The notes below the pieces were generated by a model. The model was given only the letters and a program-made list of their open reading frames with translations. It was not told where the DNA came from and searched no databases. The position numbers were made by a program, and so were the translations under genes. From NCBI GenBank assembly GCA_014905635.1, contig JABVCE010000019.1, forward strand, positions 496,001-560,000: 64,000 bases of DNA, in the 5' to 3' direction. Positions within the stretch are counted from its first letter, which is position 1. Each line of letters opens with the position of its first letter. Origin of the DNA: Scenedesmus sp. PABB004. Taxonomy: Eukaryota. Below, piece by piece: positions 40,025 through 54,000 of the stretch.

Positions 40025-41076
40025 ATGCAGGCGGCCGCGCCGCCGCCGGACGGGGGCGGCCCGCAGCCAGCACAGCCCGTCGCCGTCTCGCTCGCGGCGC
40101 GGGGACTCGTGGCGCTCCGGGCGCGCCCGCTCGCGCCCGGCGCGGCGCGCCGCCTGCGCGCGTCCGCGGCCGCCGACGCGGGTGCGCGCGGCGCCGCCGC
40201 GGCGCCGCGCGCCGCCCCGCGGCGCCCCGCCGACCGCCGCCGTCCGCCGCGCGCCCGCCGCGGCGCGGTCCTGCAAGCCGACGCGGGCGTCGCGATCGCG
40301 GCGCACGTGCTGCTGCTGCCGTGGGCGTCGACGTGGGGCAGCGTGGTGCTCGTGGTGCTCTCGGTCTGCTTCTTTGCCTTCTTTCAGTCCGGCCGCCTCG
40401 CGGCGCTGCCATGCTGGACCCTGCTGCTGCCGCTCGCGGCGCTCGTGCAGCTGCCCACGGCCGCGCTCGCCGCCGGCGCGTGCGCACGGCGCCTGCGGGC
40501 GGCGGCGGCGCTGAGCGCGGGTGCGGCGCGGCGCGGCGCGGCGCGGCGCGGCGCGGCGCGGCGCGCGGTCGCGGCGGCGCCGCAGCTCGCCCAGCCGCCG
40601 CCGCCACCGCCGCCGCCGCGGTGCGCCGCGCAGTGCAGTCGCAGGTGGTGGCCGCGTACGTGCTGCACGCCGGCCTGGCGGCCTGCGGCGCACCGGCGCT
40701 GCTGCGTGAGCTGGACGACGCGCTCAGCGACACCATGCGTGAGGGGGAGGAGGGAGGGGGGGGGGCAGCTCGGCGCGGCGCGGCGTGTCGCGGTGCGGGC
40801 AGCGACCCCTGCCCACAGCCGCCCCCGGCCCAGGGTTTAAAGGCCCAAGCGGCGCACGCGCCCGCCCACTTGCCGCGAGCCCCCCCCCCCCGCAGTGGCG
40901 CTGCAGGCATACCTGACGCACGATCGGCCGCTGGCGGCCGCCCACTTCAGCGCCTCGTGCCTGCGCACAGAGACACTGCCGCGCAGCAGCCGGCTGGTGC
41001 GCGTCGCAGGCGCCCGGGCGCGGCGGGCGGCGGCCGCGCGCGGGCGCGGCGCGCCGCGGCTGCCCAATGAGGCTGT

Positions 41077-41107
<31 letters not shown>

Positions 41108-41109
41108 GC

Positions 41110-41147
<38 letters not shown>

Positions 41148-42093
41148 TCGACGACGACACCGCCGACGATGACGCCGGCGACAGTATGCGCTCGGCAGCG
41201 AGATTGCGCGGCGGCTGCGCCGGCTGCACGCGTGCCAGCGCCGCCTCACGGGCGCCGCGGCCGGCCTGCTGCAGCACTGCAGCAGCGCAGGCAGCGGGCA
41301 GGCGCACGCGCAGACGGTGCGGCGCCGACGGCGCGCAGCGGCGGCGGGCGGCGGCGCGCGCGCGCGGGCGGCCACGCCGCCGGCGGCTGCCCCGCGTGCA
41401 GGCGCTGGCGCTGGCGCAGCAGCTGGCGCGCCTGAGCGCGAGCGTGGCGGACCTGGCGGGCCTGAAGGACCTGCGCACGCCGCTGCTCGCGCGCGCGGCG
41501 CTGCGCTCGGGCTGCGGCCTGCTCGCGCCGCTGCTGAGCGGCGCGTGGCTCGCGGGCCTCGCCGGGCAGCCGGCCGGCGCGACAGGCATCGTGTTTGCCC
41601 TCGTGGCCGGAGCGATCGTGAGCGCAGTCCGCCTGCGCCGGGCCGCGCGGCGCCACGCGGCCGCCGCGCCGCGAGCGCGGCCACCGCGTGCCGTGGCGCG
41701 CGCCGCCGCGCAGTGCCAGGTGCTGCTGATGACTGCGCTCACGCTGGCGACGGGGCTCGAGGACCCCTTTGATACCGGCCCTGCCTCACCGCCCGACGCC
41801 CTCAGCCTCGCGGAGTGGGGCGCCGCGCTGGCATACGTGCGCGCGCGCCACCGCGGCCGCGGCTGCGCCCGGCGCAGCAGGGGGGGGGGGGGGGGGGTCA
41901 CGGTGGGGCAGCGCACACATGACCCGACGCAGCGCGCCCGCGTGCGGCACCGCCGCAGCTGACGGCGCCGCTTGACGACGGCGAGCCGGGGGAGCCGGAG
42001 CTGAGACCGGAGGAGCGCGAGGCGGCGCAGGTCAAGCACGCGCATCTGCCTGCGCGGCCGGTCAACGACGGTGCGTCTCCACCGGGGCCGTGA
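40025..42093 (+). CDS. Multi-pass membrane protein, bestrophin-like
   Basis: Two N-terminal and two C-terminal hydrophobic segments, LKDLRTPLLARA and GLEDPFD motif; family call is tentative. Confidence 0.55.
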
Positions 42094-42359
42094 GATTATA
42101 CGGCGGCGGCGGAGGCTCTACCCCTGTGTGACGCGTTGGCAAGGGCCCCTGCCCAGTGGCCGGACGCTGCATCGCCGTGCTGACGCGCTGCGCGCGCTGC
42201 GCGCGCGAGTTGCGCCAAGAAAACGGCCGCGGCGCGTCGGTGACGCTCGAGCGGGGAGCCAGACCCCCCACAGTGCTGTGGTGTGCGCTCGCCGCCGGCA
42301 CCAGCCGTCTCCCGCCGCACACGCCGCCCGCCGCCACCAGCTCGCGCGCGAACACAGCT

Positions 42360-42367
42360 GAATATTC
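42360..42367. promoter_or_regulatory. P1BS-consensus site GAATATTC upstream of PAP copy 1
   Basis: Exact match to GNATATNC about 140 bp before the ATG in a very GC-rich context. Confidence 0.5.
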
Positions 42368-42505
42368 AGTCACTCTCCAGTGCGCGACCGCGCGGCCCGT
42401 CCAGCCACGCCCAGCACTGCATACAGACGATCCTTGCGGCTGGAGCGTGGTCGCGCAGCCAGCGGTGCAGCGCCGCGCTGACTGTCAGCAGTGCCGCAGC
42501 TCACG

Positions 42506-45500
42506 ATGGCGGCTTTGCCGGGCACGGCCGCGCTGCTGGTCGCCCTGGTGGCGCTCTCGCTGGTGGGCGCCGTGACCATCTCCCCCGACGGCCCACCGGC
42601 GCAGCGCGTGTACAACCAGAGCGGCGAGGTGTCGGGCGCTGTCCCCGAGCTCCCGTTCAACTACACGCAGACGCTGCCCAACGGCGTCACGCTCACCACC
42701 GTCAAGACCGCTCCCGGCTGCTCGCCCGAGCAGGCGCGTTGGCCCCGGAGCTGTGCGGCGCCGGGGGCGGCCGGTGACGCTGCTGCTGCTGCTGCTGCCG
42801 CTGCCGCCGCTGGCTGATGCGCGCCCCTGCTCTTGTGCAGGTGAGCGTGACGTTCTACGGCATTGACAAGAACGGCTACGCCTCGGTGCTGGTGTCGTGG
42901 GCGACGTGCGACGCGGTGGTGAGCGGCGGGCTGGGGGACGCGTGCAGCCAGCCGGGACGGGAGCTCCAGGCCGCACCTGCAGGCCGCGCAGGCGACTCCC
43001 GTGATGCGCCGCATGCCCACACCCCAGGTGCAAACCACGGCGACGTCTGCCAACTGCACGGGCCCAGCCAAGCCGGGCACCGTGACGGGGCCGCTCTCGA
43101 CCGGCGGCCTCACGTCGCAGGTGCGCCTCCCCGGCATTGCGCGTTCTGCCGCTTGCGCCCCTGCTGCAGAGGCAACCAGTAAGCGCACGGACCGCGCCGC
43201 TTACCGCGCCTGCCTGCCGGCGCCTCCCCGCCCGCGCCGCCAGGTCTACTGGGTGGCCGCCGCATCCAGCCACGGCAAGACGCGGCTCTCGCAGGGCAAC
43301 TGCACCTCCTACGTCACACGCTATGCTCCGCAGTATGATGCGATGGTGTACGCCAGCCCGCTGCTGCACCACGTGCTGCTCGTCGGTGCGGTGCCTGCGC
43401 AGCAGGCGGCGCAGCGCCGCTCAGTGCAGTGCGTGCTGCGCTTGGCCGCTGCGCCGCCTGCTGAGCCCCTGCTGCACCTGCATGGCACGCCTAGGCCTCA
43501 AGCCCGGCGTGCGCTACAACTACACCGTGGTGGACAGCGTGCTCGCGGCCAGCTCGAGCGGCAGCACGCCGCGCCCGCTCGCGCCGGGCGAGACCGGGCC
43601 CCACCCCTTCTCTGGCCAGTTCATTGTGCGCAGCGCCACTCGGGCCGGGCTGGGGCGCGCCCATGTCCCGCCGCGCCAGGTCGCCCGGTCGGCTGCGTGC
43701 ACGCCAGCGCGGCGCTCACATGCGCTGCCGCCGCCGCTGGCGCCGCGTGCCGGCGCGTGCGCTCTCCGCGCGGCCGCAGGCGCCCGGTGCTGCGCCCGAG
43801 CAGAGTCCCTTTCCCTTCCAGATTGGGGTCATTGGTGCGGGGTCAGGAGCTGGGGCTGCATGGGTTTGATTGCAGCGCAAGCGGCTCGGCCCTGCTCCGT
43901 CGCTGACACCGAGACCGCCCCGCCACGCTGGCGCCGCAGGCGACCCCGGGCAGACCGCCAACACGACCGCCACGCTGCAGCACCTGATGGCACCTTGGGG
44001 CCTCGCAGCACCACGCCGCGCGTGGGACGAGGGCGGCATGAATCTGCTGATGATCCAGGGCGATTACACGTGCGGAGCAACGCGTCCCGCGACCAAGAAG
44101 CCCGCTCCGCGCTGCCGTGCCGCGCAGCCGGCCGTGAGAGTGCCTGCGCAGCAAACCGACCACCTGCCGCCGCCGGGCCCCCGCCTCGCCGCAGCTACGC
44201 CGATCGCCCTGACTACGCAGGCACTACGCCGCCGGGGTGCACGGTGTGCAACGCGAGCGGTGGAGCCAAGGGCTTCGAATACAGCCCCAGGTGTGCTGCG
44301 TGCTAGCACTACTTGACCGTAGCTTGCGTGCACGATGTGCGGGACACGCCCTGCGCACGCAGCAGGGGCCGCGCCTATGGATGAGCGCCCTCGCAATGCG
44401 TGCAGGTGGGACACGTGGGGCCGGCTGTTCCAGCCGCTGATGTCGGCGGTGCCAACCATCATGATCACCGGGAACCATGAATTGTGCTTTGAGCCCGACC
44501 CGCTGGCAGCGCCTCTTGACATCCCTCTGCGCCAGGTCGGGAGAGCGTTGGGGGCTCAGGTCATTTGCTGTTTTCAGCTCAAATCACAGCAGTCTCAGCG
44601 CTCAATCCTGCCTGCGCCCACCGCGCCGTGCCGCGCAGGCAACCTACAATGCGCGCTACCCACAGGCAGTGCGCGGGCCTCGCAACGCGCCCGACGCGAC
44701 GACGCTCGGCCCCGCGACCTCCGCGACGCCCTGGGCCAACGCGTATTACTCGGTCTCCGTGCCGGGCGTCGCGACCTGGATCGGGCTCTCCAGCTACAGC
44801 CCTGCGGAGATTGCCAACAGCAGCACGAGCAACGGCTTCACGAAGAACAGCGCGCAATACAAATGGCTCCAGCGCACGCTCGCGGTGCGGCGTGCGCAAG
44901 GGGCTTGGGGCCCAGGGTGCCGCGCTGGCGCCCGTGCTCGCGCCCGCGCCCGCGCCCGCCTCCCACGCCCGCTGAACGCCGCGGTTGACCGCGGTCCACC
45001 GCCGCCGGGCGCGCCAGGCGGTCAACCGCACCGCGACGCCGTGGGTGATTGTCAGCTGGCACGCGCCGTGGTACAACACCTACGTTAGCCACTTCAAAGA
45101 GAACGAGTGCATGCACCAGGCAAGCACGAATGCGGCGGGGCAGGCCAGCTGTAGCGTGCACTGGCATGGCCTGCTCAGCGCTCACCCCGCGTGCGCCGCG
45201 CCGCAGATGTACGAGCCGCTGCTGCTGGAGGCAAGTGTTGACATCGTGCTACTGGGCCACGTGCACGCGTACGAGCGCACCAAGCCGGTCGCAGACTTTC
45301 AGGTGCGTGACACCGCGTGACACCTCGCGCGACGATGCCGTCTAGTCGCACTGGGCCACTCAGCGCGCGGCGAGCAGCAGGCAAGGGTGAGCTGCCTCGC
45401 TGACGCCGTTGCCACCGCCGCTGTGCAGGTGGACGGCGGGGGCTGCGCGCCGATGTACGTCACGATCGGGGACGGTGGCAATGTGGAGGGCGTTTCGAGC

Positions 45501-46099
45501 GAATTCATCACAGGTGAGGAGGCTTGCCCGGATCCTGTGGTTGCTTTTTTTCAGTCGCGGCCTGGCGCCGGCCGCCCCACACCAACGCTGCCCTGCACCC
45601 GTGGCCCACCTCCGCCCGCGCCGCCCACACGAACGCCCGCGGCGATGCAGCCAATTACACTAGCAAATCACTCAACTGCGACACGCCCGAGACGTACAAG
45701 TTTCCCTCCTACCAGCCGCAACAGTGCTTCACCTATCAGTCGGGCCCCGGCAGTGGCTGCGCTAACGACGCGCGCTGCTACTGCTATGAGAGCCAGGTGC
45801 GGCGCGGCTGCAGGCGCGGCATGGGCTGGGGCCGAGCGGGCAGCCGGCCGCCTGTGCCCGCCGCCCGCCGCCCCACTCATCACGCACCCCCATCTCCCTC
45901 AACCACGTCCCGCCCCTCATACCAACGCCGCCAGCCGGCGTGGAGCGCGTACCGCGAGCCGAGCTTTGGGCACGGCCGGCTGCACCTCAACAGCGCGACG
46001 AGCGCGGTCTGGCAGTGGTTCCGCAACGACGGCGGCGTCATGGCCGTCACCGACGAGGTCACCATCACGCGCGACCCGCGCTGCACGCGGCGGCGCTGA
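42506..46099 (+). CDS. Purple acid phosphatase, PAP15/PAPhy-like, copy 1
   Basis: Signal peptide; PEQV; motifs GDPG, GDYTYAD, GNHE, VSWHAPWY, GHVHAYER; SAYREPSFGHG. Confidence 0.93.
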
Positions 46100-46404
46100 C
46101 GCGCCGCGGCCATCAGCTCGCGGGCGCTGGGCCACGCGCGCAGCGATTCGGCTCAACCATTGAGCAGCGAGTGTCGGGGCGCGCAGCCTCCATGAAGAAG
46201 AGGAGCGGCATTCTTCATTGCGTGGTTCCGCCCATCACCAAGGTTATATATACACCCAGACTGTGGCGCCCACATGCTAAGGTATGCCCGGAGCGTCTGC
46301 AGACACAGCTGGCTCCGCGGGGCGCGCCCCGCGGACGCGGCGCCGCAAGCAGGCTGCCGTTGACTGTGATGATGACCGAATTGCTGTCACACAGATCAAG
46401 TTCA

Positions 46405-46409
46405 TGTAA
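46405..46409 (+). terminator. TGTAA poly(A) signal of PAP copy 1
   Basis: About 300 nt after the stop codon. Confidence 0.55.
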
Positions 46410-46781
46410 TGTGTGACGCGTGGCAAAGCCCCCTGCCCAGCGGGCTCGCGGTCGGCCGAACGCTCCGCTGTGCTGCGTCGCGAGCAGCACAAAACGGCCT
46501 GCGGCGCGTCGGTGACGCTCGCGCGGGAAGCCGGCGCGCACAGTGCGGTGGTGCGCTCGACGCTCGACGCGGCCACCACCCGTGTCCAGCTCCCGCACCT
46601 TGCAGCAGCCTGAGCGCCGCAGGCAGCGCAAGCGCCGCAGCGGCGGCAGTCACTCCCAGCGCGATCGCGCCGCCCGGCGCGCCACGCCCGAGACTGCAGA
46701 CATACGATACCTGCGGCTGGCGGTTGTCGCGCGCAGCTTGCGCCGCAGCTGGAGCGCCGTGCTCCCCGGCAGCAGCACCAG

Positions 46782-49700
46782 ATGCCGAGGGCCGCGGTGG
46801 CGGGCCCGAGCGTGCTGCTGGTCGCCCTGGCGGCGCTCTCGCTGGCGGGTGCCGTGACCATCTCCCCCGACGGCCCGCCTAAGCAGCGCGTGTACAACCA
46901 GAGCGGCGAGGTGTCGGGCGCTGTCCCCGAGCTCCCGTTCAACTACACGCAGACGCTGCCCAACGGCGTGACGCTGACCACCGTCAAGACCGCGCCCGGC
47001 TGCTCGCCCGAGCAGGCGCGCTGGCCCCGGAGCAGCGCGGCCCCGGGGGCGGCCGGTGACGCTGCTTTTGCTGCTGCTGCCGCTGCCGCCGCTGGCTGAT
47101 GCGCGCCCCCTGCTCCTGTGCAGGTGAGCGTGACGTTCTACGGCATCGACGAGAACGGCTACGCCTCGGTGCTGGTGTCGTGGGCGACGTGCGACGCGGT
47201 GGTGAGCGGCTGGGCGTGGGCGCGCGTGCCGCCAGCCGGGACGGGAGCTCCAGGCCGCACCTGCAGGCCGCGCAGGCGACTCCCCTGGCGCGCCGCGTCC
47301 CCGCATCCAGGTGCAAACCACGGCGACGTCTGCCAACTGCACGGGCCCAGCCAAGCCGGGCACCGTGACGGGGCCGCTCTCGACGCGCGGGCTCACGTCG
47401 CAGGTGCGCCAGCCCGGTGATGTTTGTCGCGCAGCAGTCGTCTCCGGCTGGCCCTGTGGTGGTAAACAGCACCCACGCACCTCATTGCGTTGCCCTGCCG
47501 GCGCCTCCCCGCCCGCGCCGCCAGGTCTACTGGGTGGCGGCCGCCTCCAAGGGCAGCAAACCGCAGCTCTCGCAGGGCAACTGCACCTCCTACGTCACAC
47601 ACTATGCTCCGCAGTATGATGCGATGGTGTACGCCAGCCCGCTGCTGCACCACGTGCTGCTCGTCGGTGCGGCGCCTGCGCAGCGGGCGGCGCAGCGTGC
47701 GGCGCAGCGCGGCCCCGCTAGCGCGTGCTGCGCTTGGCCGCTGCGCCGCCTGCTGAGCCCCTGCTGCACCTGCATGGCACGCCTAGGCCTCAAGCCCGGC
47801 GTGCGCTACAACTACACCGTGGTGGACAGCGTGCTCGCGGCCAGCTCGAGCGGCAGCACGCCGCGCCCGCTCGCGCCGGGCGAGACCGGGCCCCACCCCT
47901 TCTCTGGCCAGTTCATTGTGCGCAGCGCCACTCGGGCCGGGCTGGGGCGCGCCCATGTCCCGCCGCGCCAGGTCGCCCGGTCGGCTGCGTGCACGCCAGC
48001 GCGGCGCTCACATGCGCTGCCGCCGCCGCCGCTGCCGCCGCGTGCGCTCTCCGCTTGGCCGCAGGCGCCCGGTGCTGCGCCCGGGCAGAGTCCCTTTCCC
48101 TTCCAGATTGGGGTCATTGGTGCGGGGTCAGGGTCTGCATGGGTTGGATTGCAGCGCAAGCGGCTTGGCCTTGCGCCGCCCCTCTCACCGGGACCGCCCC
48201 GCCACGCTGGCGCCGCAGGCGACCCCGGGCAGACCGCCAACACGACCGCCACGCTGCAGCACCTGATGGCACCGTGGGGCCTCACAGCACCGCGCCGCGC
48301 GTGGGACGAGGGCGGCATGAATCTGCTGATGATCCAGGGCGATTACACGTGCGGGGCACCGCGTCCCGCGGCCACGAAGCCCACTGCGCGCTGCCGTGCC
48401 GCGCAGCCGGCCGTGAGAGCGCCCGCGCAGCAAACCGACCACCTGCCGCCGCCGCGCGCCCGCCTCGCCGCAGCTACGCCGATCGCCCTGACTACGCAGG
48501 CACTACGCCGCCGGGGTGCACGGTGTGCAACGCGAGCGGCGGAACCAAATTGTTTGATTACGGCCCCAGGTGTGCTGCGTGCTTGCACCGCTTGGCAGTG
48601 GCTTGTGTGCGCGCCGTGGGGGACACGCGCTGCGCACACAGCGGGGGCCGTGCCCTTGACCGAGAGCGCCCTCGCATGCGCGCAGGTGGGACACGTGGGG
48701 CCGGCTGTTCCAGCCGCTGATGTCGGCGGTGCCAACCATCATGATCACCGGGAACCATGAATTGTGCTTGAAGCCCGACCCGCTGGCGGCGCCACTTGAC
48801 ATCCCTCTGCGCCAGGTCGGGAGAGCGTTGGGGGCTCAGGTCATTTGCTGTTTTCAGCTCAAATCACAGCAGTCTCAGCGCTCAATCTTGCCTGCGCCCG
48901 CCGCGCCGTGCCGCGCAGGCAACCTACAATGCGCGCTACCCCCAGGCGACGCGCGGGCCTCGCAACGCGCCCGACGCGACGACGCTCGGCCCTGTGACCT
49001 CCGCGACGCCCTGGGCCAACGCGTATTACTCGGTCTCCGTGCCGGGCGTCGCGACCTGGATCGGGCTCTCCAGCTACAGCCCTGCGGAGATTGCCAACAG
49101 CAGCACGAGCAACGGCTTCACGAAGAACAGCGCGCAATACAAATGGCTCCAGCGCACGCTCGCGGTGCGGCGTGCGCAAGGGGCTTGGGGCCCAGGGTGC
49201 CGCGCCCTCGCTCCGCCCGCCACGGGGCGCCCCCGCCCCGCCCGCCGCCTGCCGTGGCTGACCGCGTCAACCGGCGCCGGGCGCGCCAGGCGGTCAACCG
49301 CACCGCGAGGCCGTGGGTGATTGTGAGCCTCCACGCGCCGTGGTACAACACCTATGTTAGCCACTTCAAAGAGAATGAGTGCATGCGCCAGGCGAGCACG
49401 CACGCTGCAGAGCCAGCCAGAAGCTGCTGCTAACAGGCAGCTTGCACTGGCACGGCCTGCTCAGCGCTCACCCGCGTGCGCCGCGCCGCAGGTGTACGAG
49501 CCGCTGCTGCTGGAGGCAAGTGTTGACATCGTGCTGCTAGGCCACGTGCACGCGTACGAGCGCACCAAGCCGGTCGCAGACTTTCAGGTGCGCGACAACT
49601 CGCGCGACGCTGCCGTCCGGTCGCACTGGGCCGCTCAGCGCGCGGCAAGCGGCCGAGCTGCCTCGTTGATGCCGTTGCCTCCGCCGCTGTGGCTGCGCAG

Positions 49701-50387
49701 GTGGACAGGGGGGGCTGCGCGCCGATGCACGTCACAATCGGTGACGCCGGCAACGTGGAGGGCGTCGCGAGTGCTTTCATCACAGGTGAGGAGGCTCGCA
49801 AGGGGCCTGCCGCTGCTCTTAGCCGCGGCCTGGCGCCGGCCGCCCAACCAAAATCCCCCCTGCGCCCGTCGCCCGCCTCCGCCCTCGCTGCCCACACCGA
49901 CGACCGCCGTGATGCAGCCAACGTGACCGGCAAGTATTTAAGTTGCTCCACGCCGGAGACGTACAAATTTCCCTCCTACCAGCCGCAGAGCTGCCTCAGC
50001 TTCCATTCGGGCCCCGGCAGCGGCTGCGCGGGCGGCGCGCGCTGCTTCTGCTACGCCAGCCAGGTGCGGAGTGCTCGCGCGGGGTTGGCTCGGGCTGGGG
50101 CCAGGCGGGGTGGCCGGCCGCCTGCGCCCGTCGCCCACCGCGCCCGGCGCCGGCGTGAGCCTGGGGCCCCTCACTCCCGGCCTCCGTCACCCGCACAACC
50201 CTTCGACCCACGCCCCCACCAGCCGGCGTGGAGCGCGTACCGCGAGCCGAGCTTTGGGCACGGCCGGCTGTACCTCAACAGCCCGACGAGCGCGGTCTGG
50301 CAGTGGTTCCGCAACGACGGCGGCGTCATGGCCGTCACTGACGAGGTCACCATCACGCGCGACCCGCGCTGCACGCGGCGGCGCTGA
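46782..50387 (+). CDS. Purple acid phosphatase, copy 2
   Basis: Same exon structure; all five metal-ligand motifs intact. Confidence 0.93.
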
Positions 50388-51067
50388 CGCGCCGCGGCCG
50401 TGAGCTCGCGGGCGCTGGGCCATGCGGGCAGCAATTTGCTGCTATTTTTCTGCACGTGTTAGGGGCCCCGCTCGCAACACGGTTGCCTGTAGGAACTTGC
50501 ACTTGCGTCATGATCGTTGCATGGTTGCACAGCAGAATTCAACACTGAGAATGTGTGGCTCTCACTGCCAGGGGTGGTGTATGCGTGCCGTCAAAACATT
50601 GGAAGCCCGCCGAGTGCGTGTCGGACCCGCAAAACGGCGGAGGGTCGCGGCCGCGGGCGGGCTGACCGAGACAGCCGGATTGCGGTCACATAGACCAATT
50701 TCATGCATTTGTGACGCGTGGCACAAACCACTGCCCAGCGGCCACGCTGACGCGCCGGACGTCGCGGAAGCAGGAAAAACACGGTCGCAACGCGTCGGTG
50801 ACGCTCGCGCGGAAAGGCCGGCGCGCACGGGCGGTGGTGTGGTCCCGCCGCCACCTGTCTTCCCTAGCTATCTCGCGCACCTTGCAGCAGCTCAGCTGCT
50901 GAGCGCCGCACAGGCGGGCAGCAGCGGCGGCAGTCACTCCCAGCGCGATCGCGCCGCCCGGCGCGCCACGCCCGAGACTGCAGACATACGATACCTGCGG
51001 CTGGCGGTTGTCGCGCGCAGCTTGCGCCGCAGCTGGAGCGCCGTGCTCCCCGGCAGCAGCACCAGAG

Positions 51068-54000
51068 ATGCCGAGGGCCGCGGTGGCGGGCCCGAGCGTG
51101 CTGCTGGTCGCCCTGGCGGCGCTCTCGCTGGCGGGTGCCGTGACCATCTCCCCCGACGGCCCGCCTAAGCAGCGCGTGTACAACCAGAGCGGCGAGGTGT
51201 CGGGCGCTGTCCCCGAGCTCCCGTTCAACTACACGCAGACGCTGCCCAACGGCGTGACGCTGACCACCGTCAAGACCGCGCCCGGCTGCTCGCCCGAGCA
51301 GGCGCGCTGGCCCCGGAGCAGCGCGGCCCCGGGGGCGGCCGGTGACGCTGCTTTTGCTGCTGCTGCCGCTGCCGCCGCTGGCTGATGCGCGCCCCCTGCT
51401 CCTGTGCAGGTGAGCGTGACGTTCTACGGCATCGACGAGAACGGCTACGCCTCGGTGCTGGTGTCGTGGGCGACGTGCGACGCGGTGGTGAGCGGCTGGG
51501 CGTGGGCGCGCGTGCCGCCAGCCGGGACGGGAGCTCCAGGCCGCACCTGCAGGCCGCGCAGGCGACTCCCCTGGCGCGCCGCGTCCCCGCATCCAGGTGC
51601 AAACCACGGCGACGTCTGCCAACTGCACGGGCCCAGCCAAGCCGGGCACCGTGACGGGGCCGCTCTCGACGCGCGGGCTCACGTCGCAGGTGCGCCAGCC
51701 CGGTGATGTTTGTCGCGCAGCAGTCGTCTCCGGCTGGCCCTGTGGTGGTAAACAGCACCCACGCACCTCATTGCGTTGCCCTGCCGGCGCCTCCCCGCCC
51801 GCGCCGCCAGGTCTACTGGGTGGCGGCCGCCTCCAAGGGCAGCAAACCGCAGCTCTCGCAGGGCAACTGCACCTCCTACGTCACACACTATGCTCCGCAG
51901 TATGATGCGATGGTGTACGCCAGCCCGCTGCTGCACCACGTGCTGCTCGTCGGTGCGGCGCCTGCGCAGCGGGCGGCGCAGCGTGCGGCGCAGCGCGGCC
52001 CCGCTAGCGCGTGCTGCGCTTGGCCGCTGCGCCGCCTGCTGAGCCCCTGCTGCACCTGCATGGCACGCCTAGGCCTCAAGCCCGGCGTGCGCTACAACTA
52101 CACCGTGGTGGACAGCGTGCTCGCGGCCAGCTCGAGCGGCAGCACGCCGCGCCCGCTCGCGCCGGGCGAGACCGGGCCCCACCCCTTCTCTGGCCAGTTC
52201 ATTGTGCGCAGCGCCACTCGGGCCGGGCTGGGGCGCGCCCATGTCCCGCCGCGCCAGGTCGCCCGGTCGGCTGCGTGCACGCCAGCGCGGCGCTCACATG
52301 CGCTGCCGCCGCCGCCGCTGCCGCCGCATGCGCTCTCCGCTTGGCCGCAGGCGCCCGGTGCTGCGCCCGGGCAGAGTCCCTTTCCCTTCCAGATTGGGGT
52401 CATTGGTGCGGGGTCAGGGTCTGCATGGGTTGGATTGCAGCGCAAGCGGCTCGGCCCTGCTCCGCCGCTCGCGCTGCCCCACGCTGCCGCTGCACCACGC
52501 TGGCGCCGCAGGCGACCCCGGGCAGACCGCCAACACGACCACCGTGATGCAGCACCTGATGGCGCCGTGGGGCCTCACGGCACCGCGTCGCGCGTGGGAC
52601 AAGGGCGGCATGGATCTGCTGATGATCCAGGGCGACCTCAGGTGTTGTATTGGCACCGCCGTGCTCCTCCGGTTGCGGCTGCACTTGCGCGCACCACACC
52701 ACACACCAACCACCTGCCGCCGCGACGCGCGCCTCGCCTCGCCGCAGCTACGCCGACCAACCTCAGATTGAAGGCACCGTGCCGCCGGGGTGCGTAATGT
52801 GCAACGCGAGCGACGGGCCCGAGGATTTCGATTATGGCCCCAGGTGCGGCGCTGTGTGCAGTGTGCTGTGCCGTGGCTTGTGCCGGCGTGCGCGCCGTGT
52901 GGGACACGCGCTGCGCACACAGCGGGGGCTCTCGGCGCGGCCGCACCGAGAGCGCCCGCGCCGCGTGCAGGTGGGACACGTGGGGCCGGCTGTTCCAGCC
53001 GCTGATGTCGGCGGTGCCAACCATCATGATCCCCGGAAACCATGAATGTGGCTTTGAGCCCGACCCGCTGGCGGCGGCCCTGGACATCCCGCTGCGCCAG
53101 GTGTGAGGGTGCTGTGGCTCACCCTCAAACCACTGCGGGCTCAGCCCCATGACCCTGCCTTGACCTGCTGCGCCTCGCAGAGGGTCTACAATGCACGCTA
53201 CCCACAGGCGGTGCGCGGGCCGCGCAACGCGCCCGACGCGACGACGCTCGGCCCCGCGACCTCCGCGACGCCCTGGGCCAACGCGTATTACTCGGTCTCC
53301 GTGCCGGGCGTCGCGACCTGGGTCGGGCTTTCGAACTACAGCCCTGCGGAGATTGCCAACAGCAGCAGCAACAACGGCTTCACGAAGAACAGCGCCCAGC
53401 ACAAGTGGCTCCAGCGCACGCTCGCGGTGCGGCGTGCGCAGGGGGCTTGGGGCCGAGGGCGCTGCGCCCGCCGCCTGGCACGCGCGCGCCGCGGCTGACG
53501 GGGTCAACCGCCGGGCGTGCCAGGCGGTCAACCGCACCGCGACGCCGTGGGTGATTGTGAGCCTCCACGCGCCGTGGTACAACACCTACACCGAGCACTT
53601 CAAAGAGAACGAGTGCATGCGCCAGGCAAGCACGCATGCGCTGGGGCCAGCCAGGAGCTGCTCACACCTCGCACTGCCATGAGCTGCTCAGCGCTCACCG
53701 GGCGTGTGTACGGCCCGCGCCGCAGGTGTACGAGCCGCTGCTGCTGGAGGCAAGCGTGGACATCGTGCTGCTGGGCCACGTGCACGCGTACGAGCGCATC
53801 AAGCCGCTCGCAGACTTTCAGGTGCGCAGCACCTTGCGCGACGCTGCCTTCTGGCGCCACTGGGCCACTTAGCACGCGGCGAGCAGCAGGCAAGGGCGAG
53901 CTGCCTTGTTGAGGCATTGCCGTCGCCACTGCTTCTGCGCAGGTGGACAACAGGGGCTGCGCGCCGATGCACGTCACGATTGGCGACGCCGGCAACTCGG

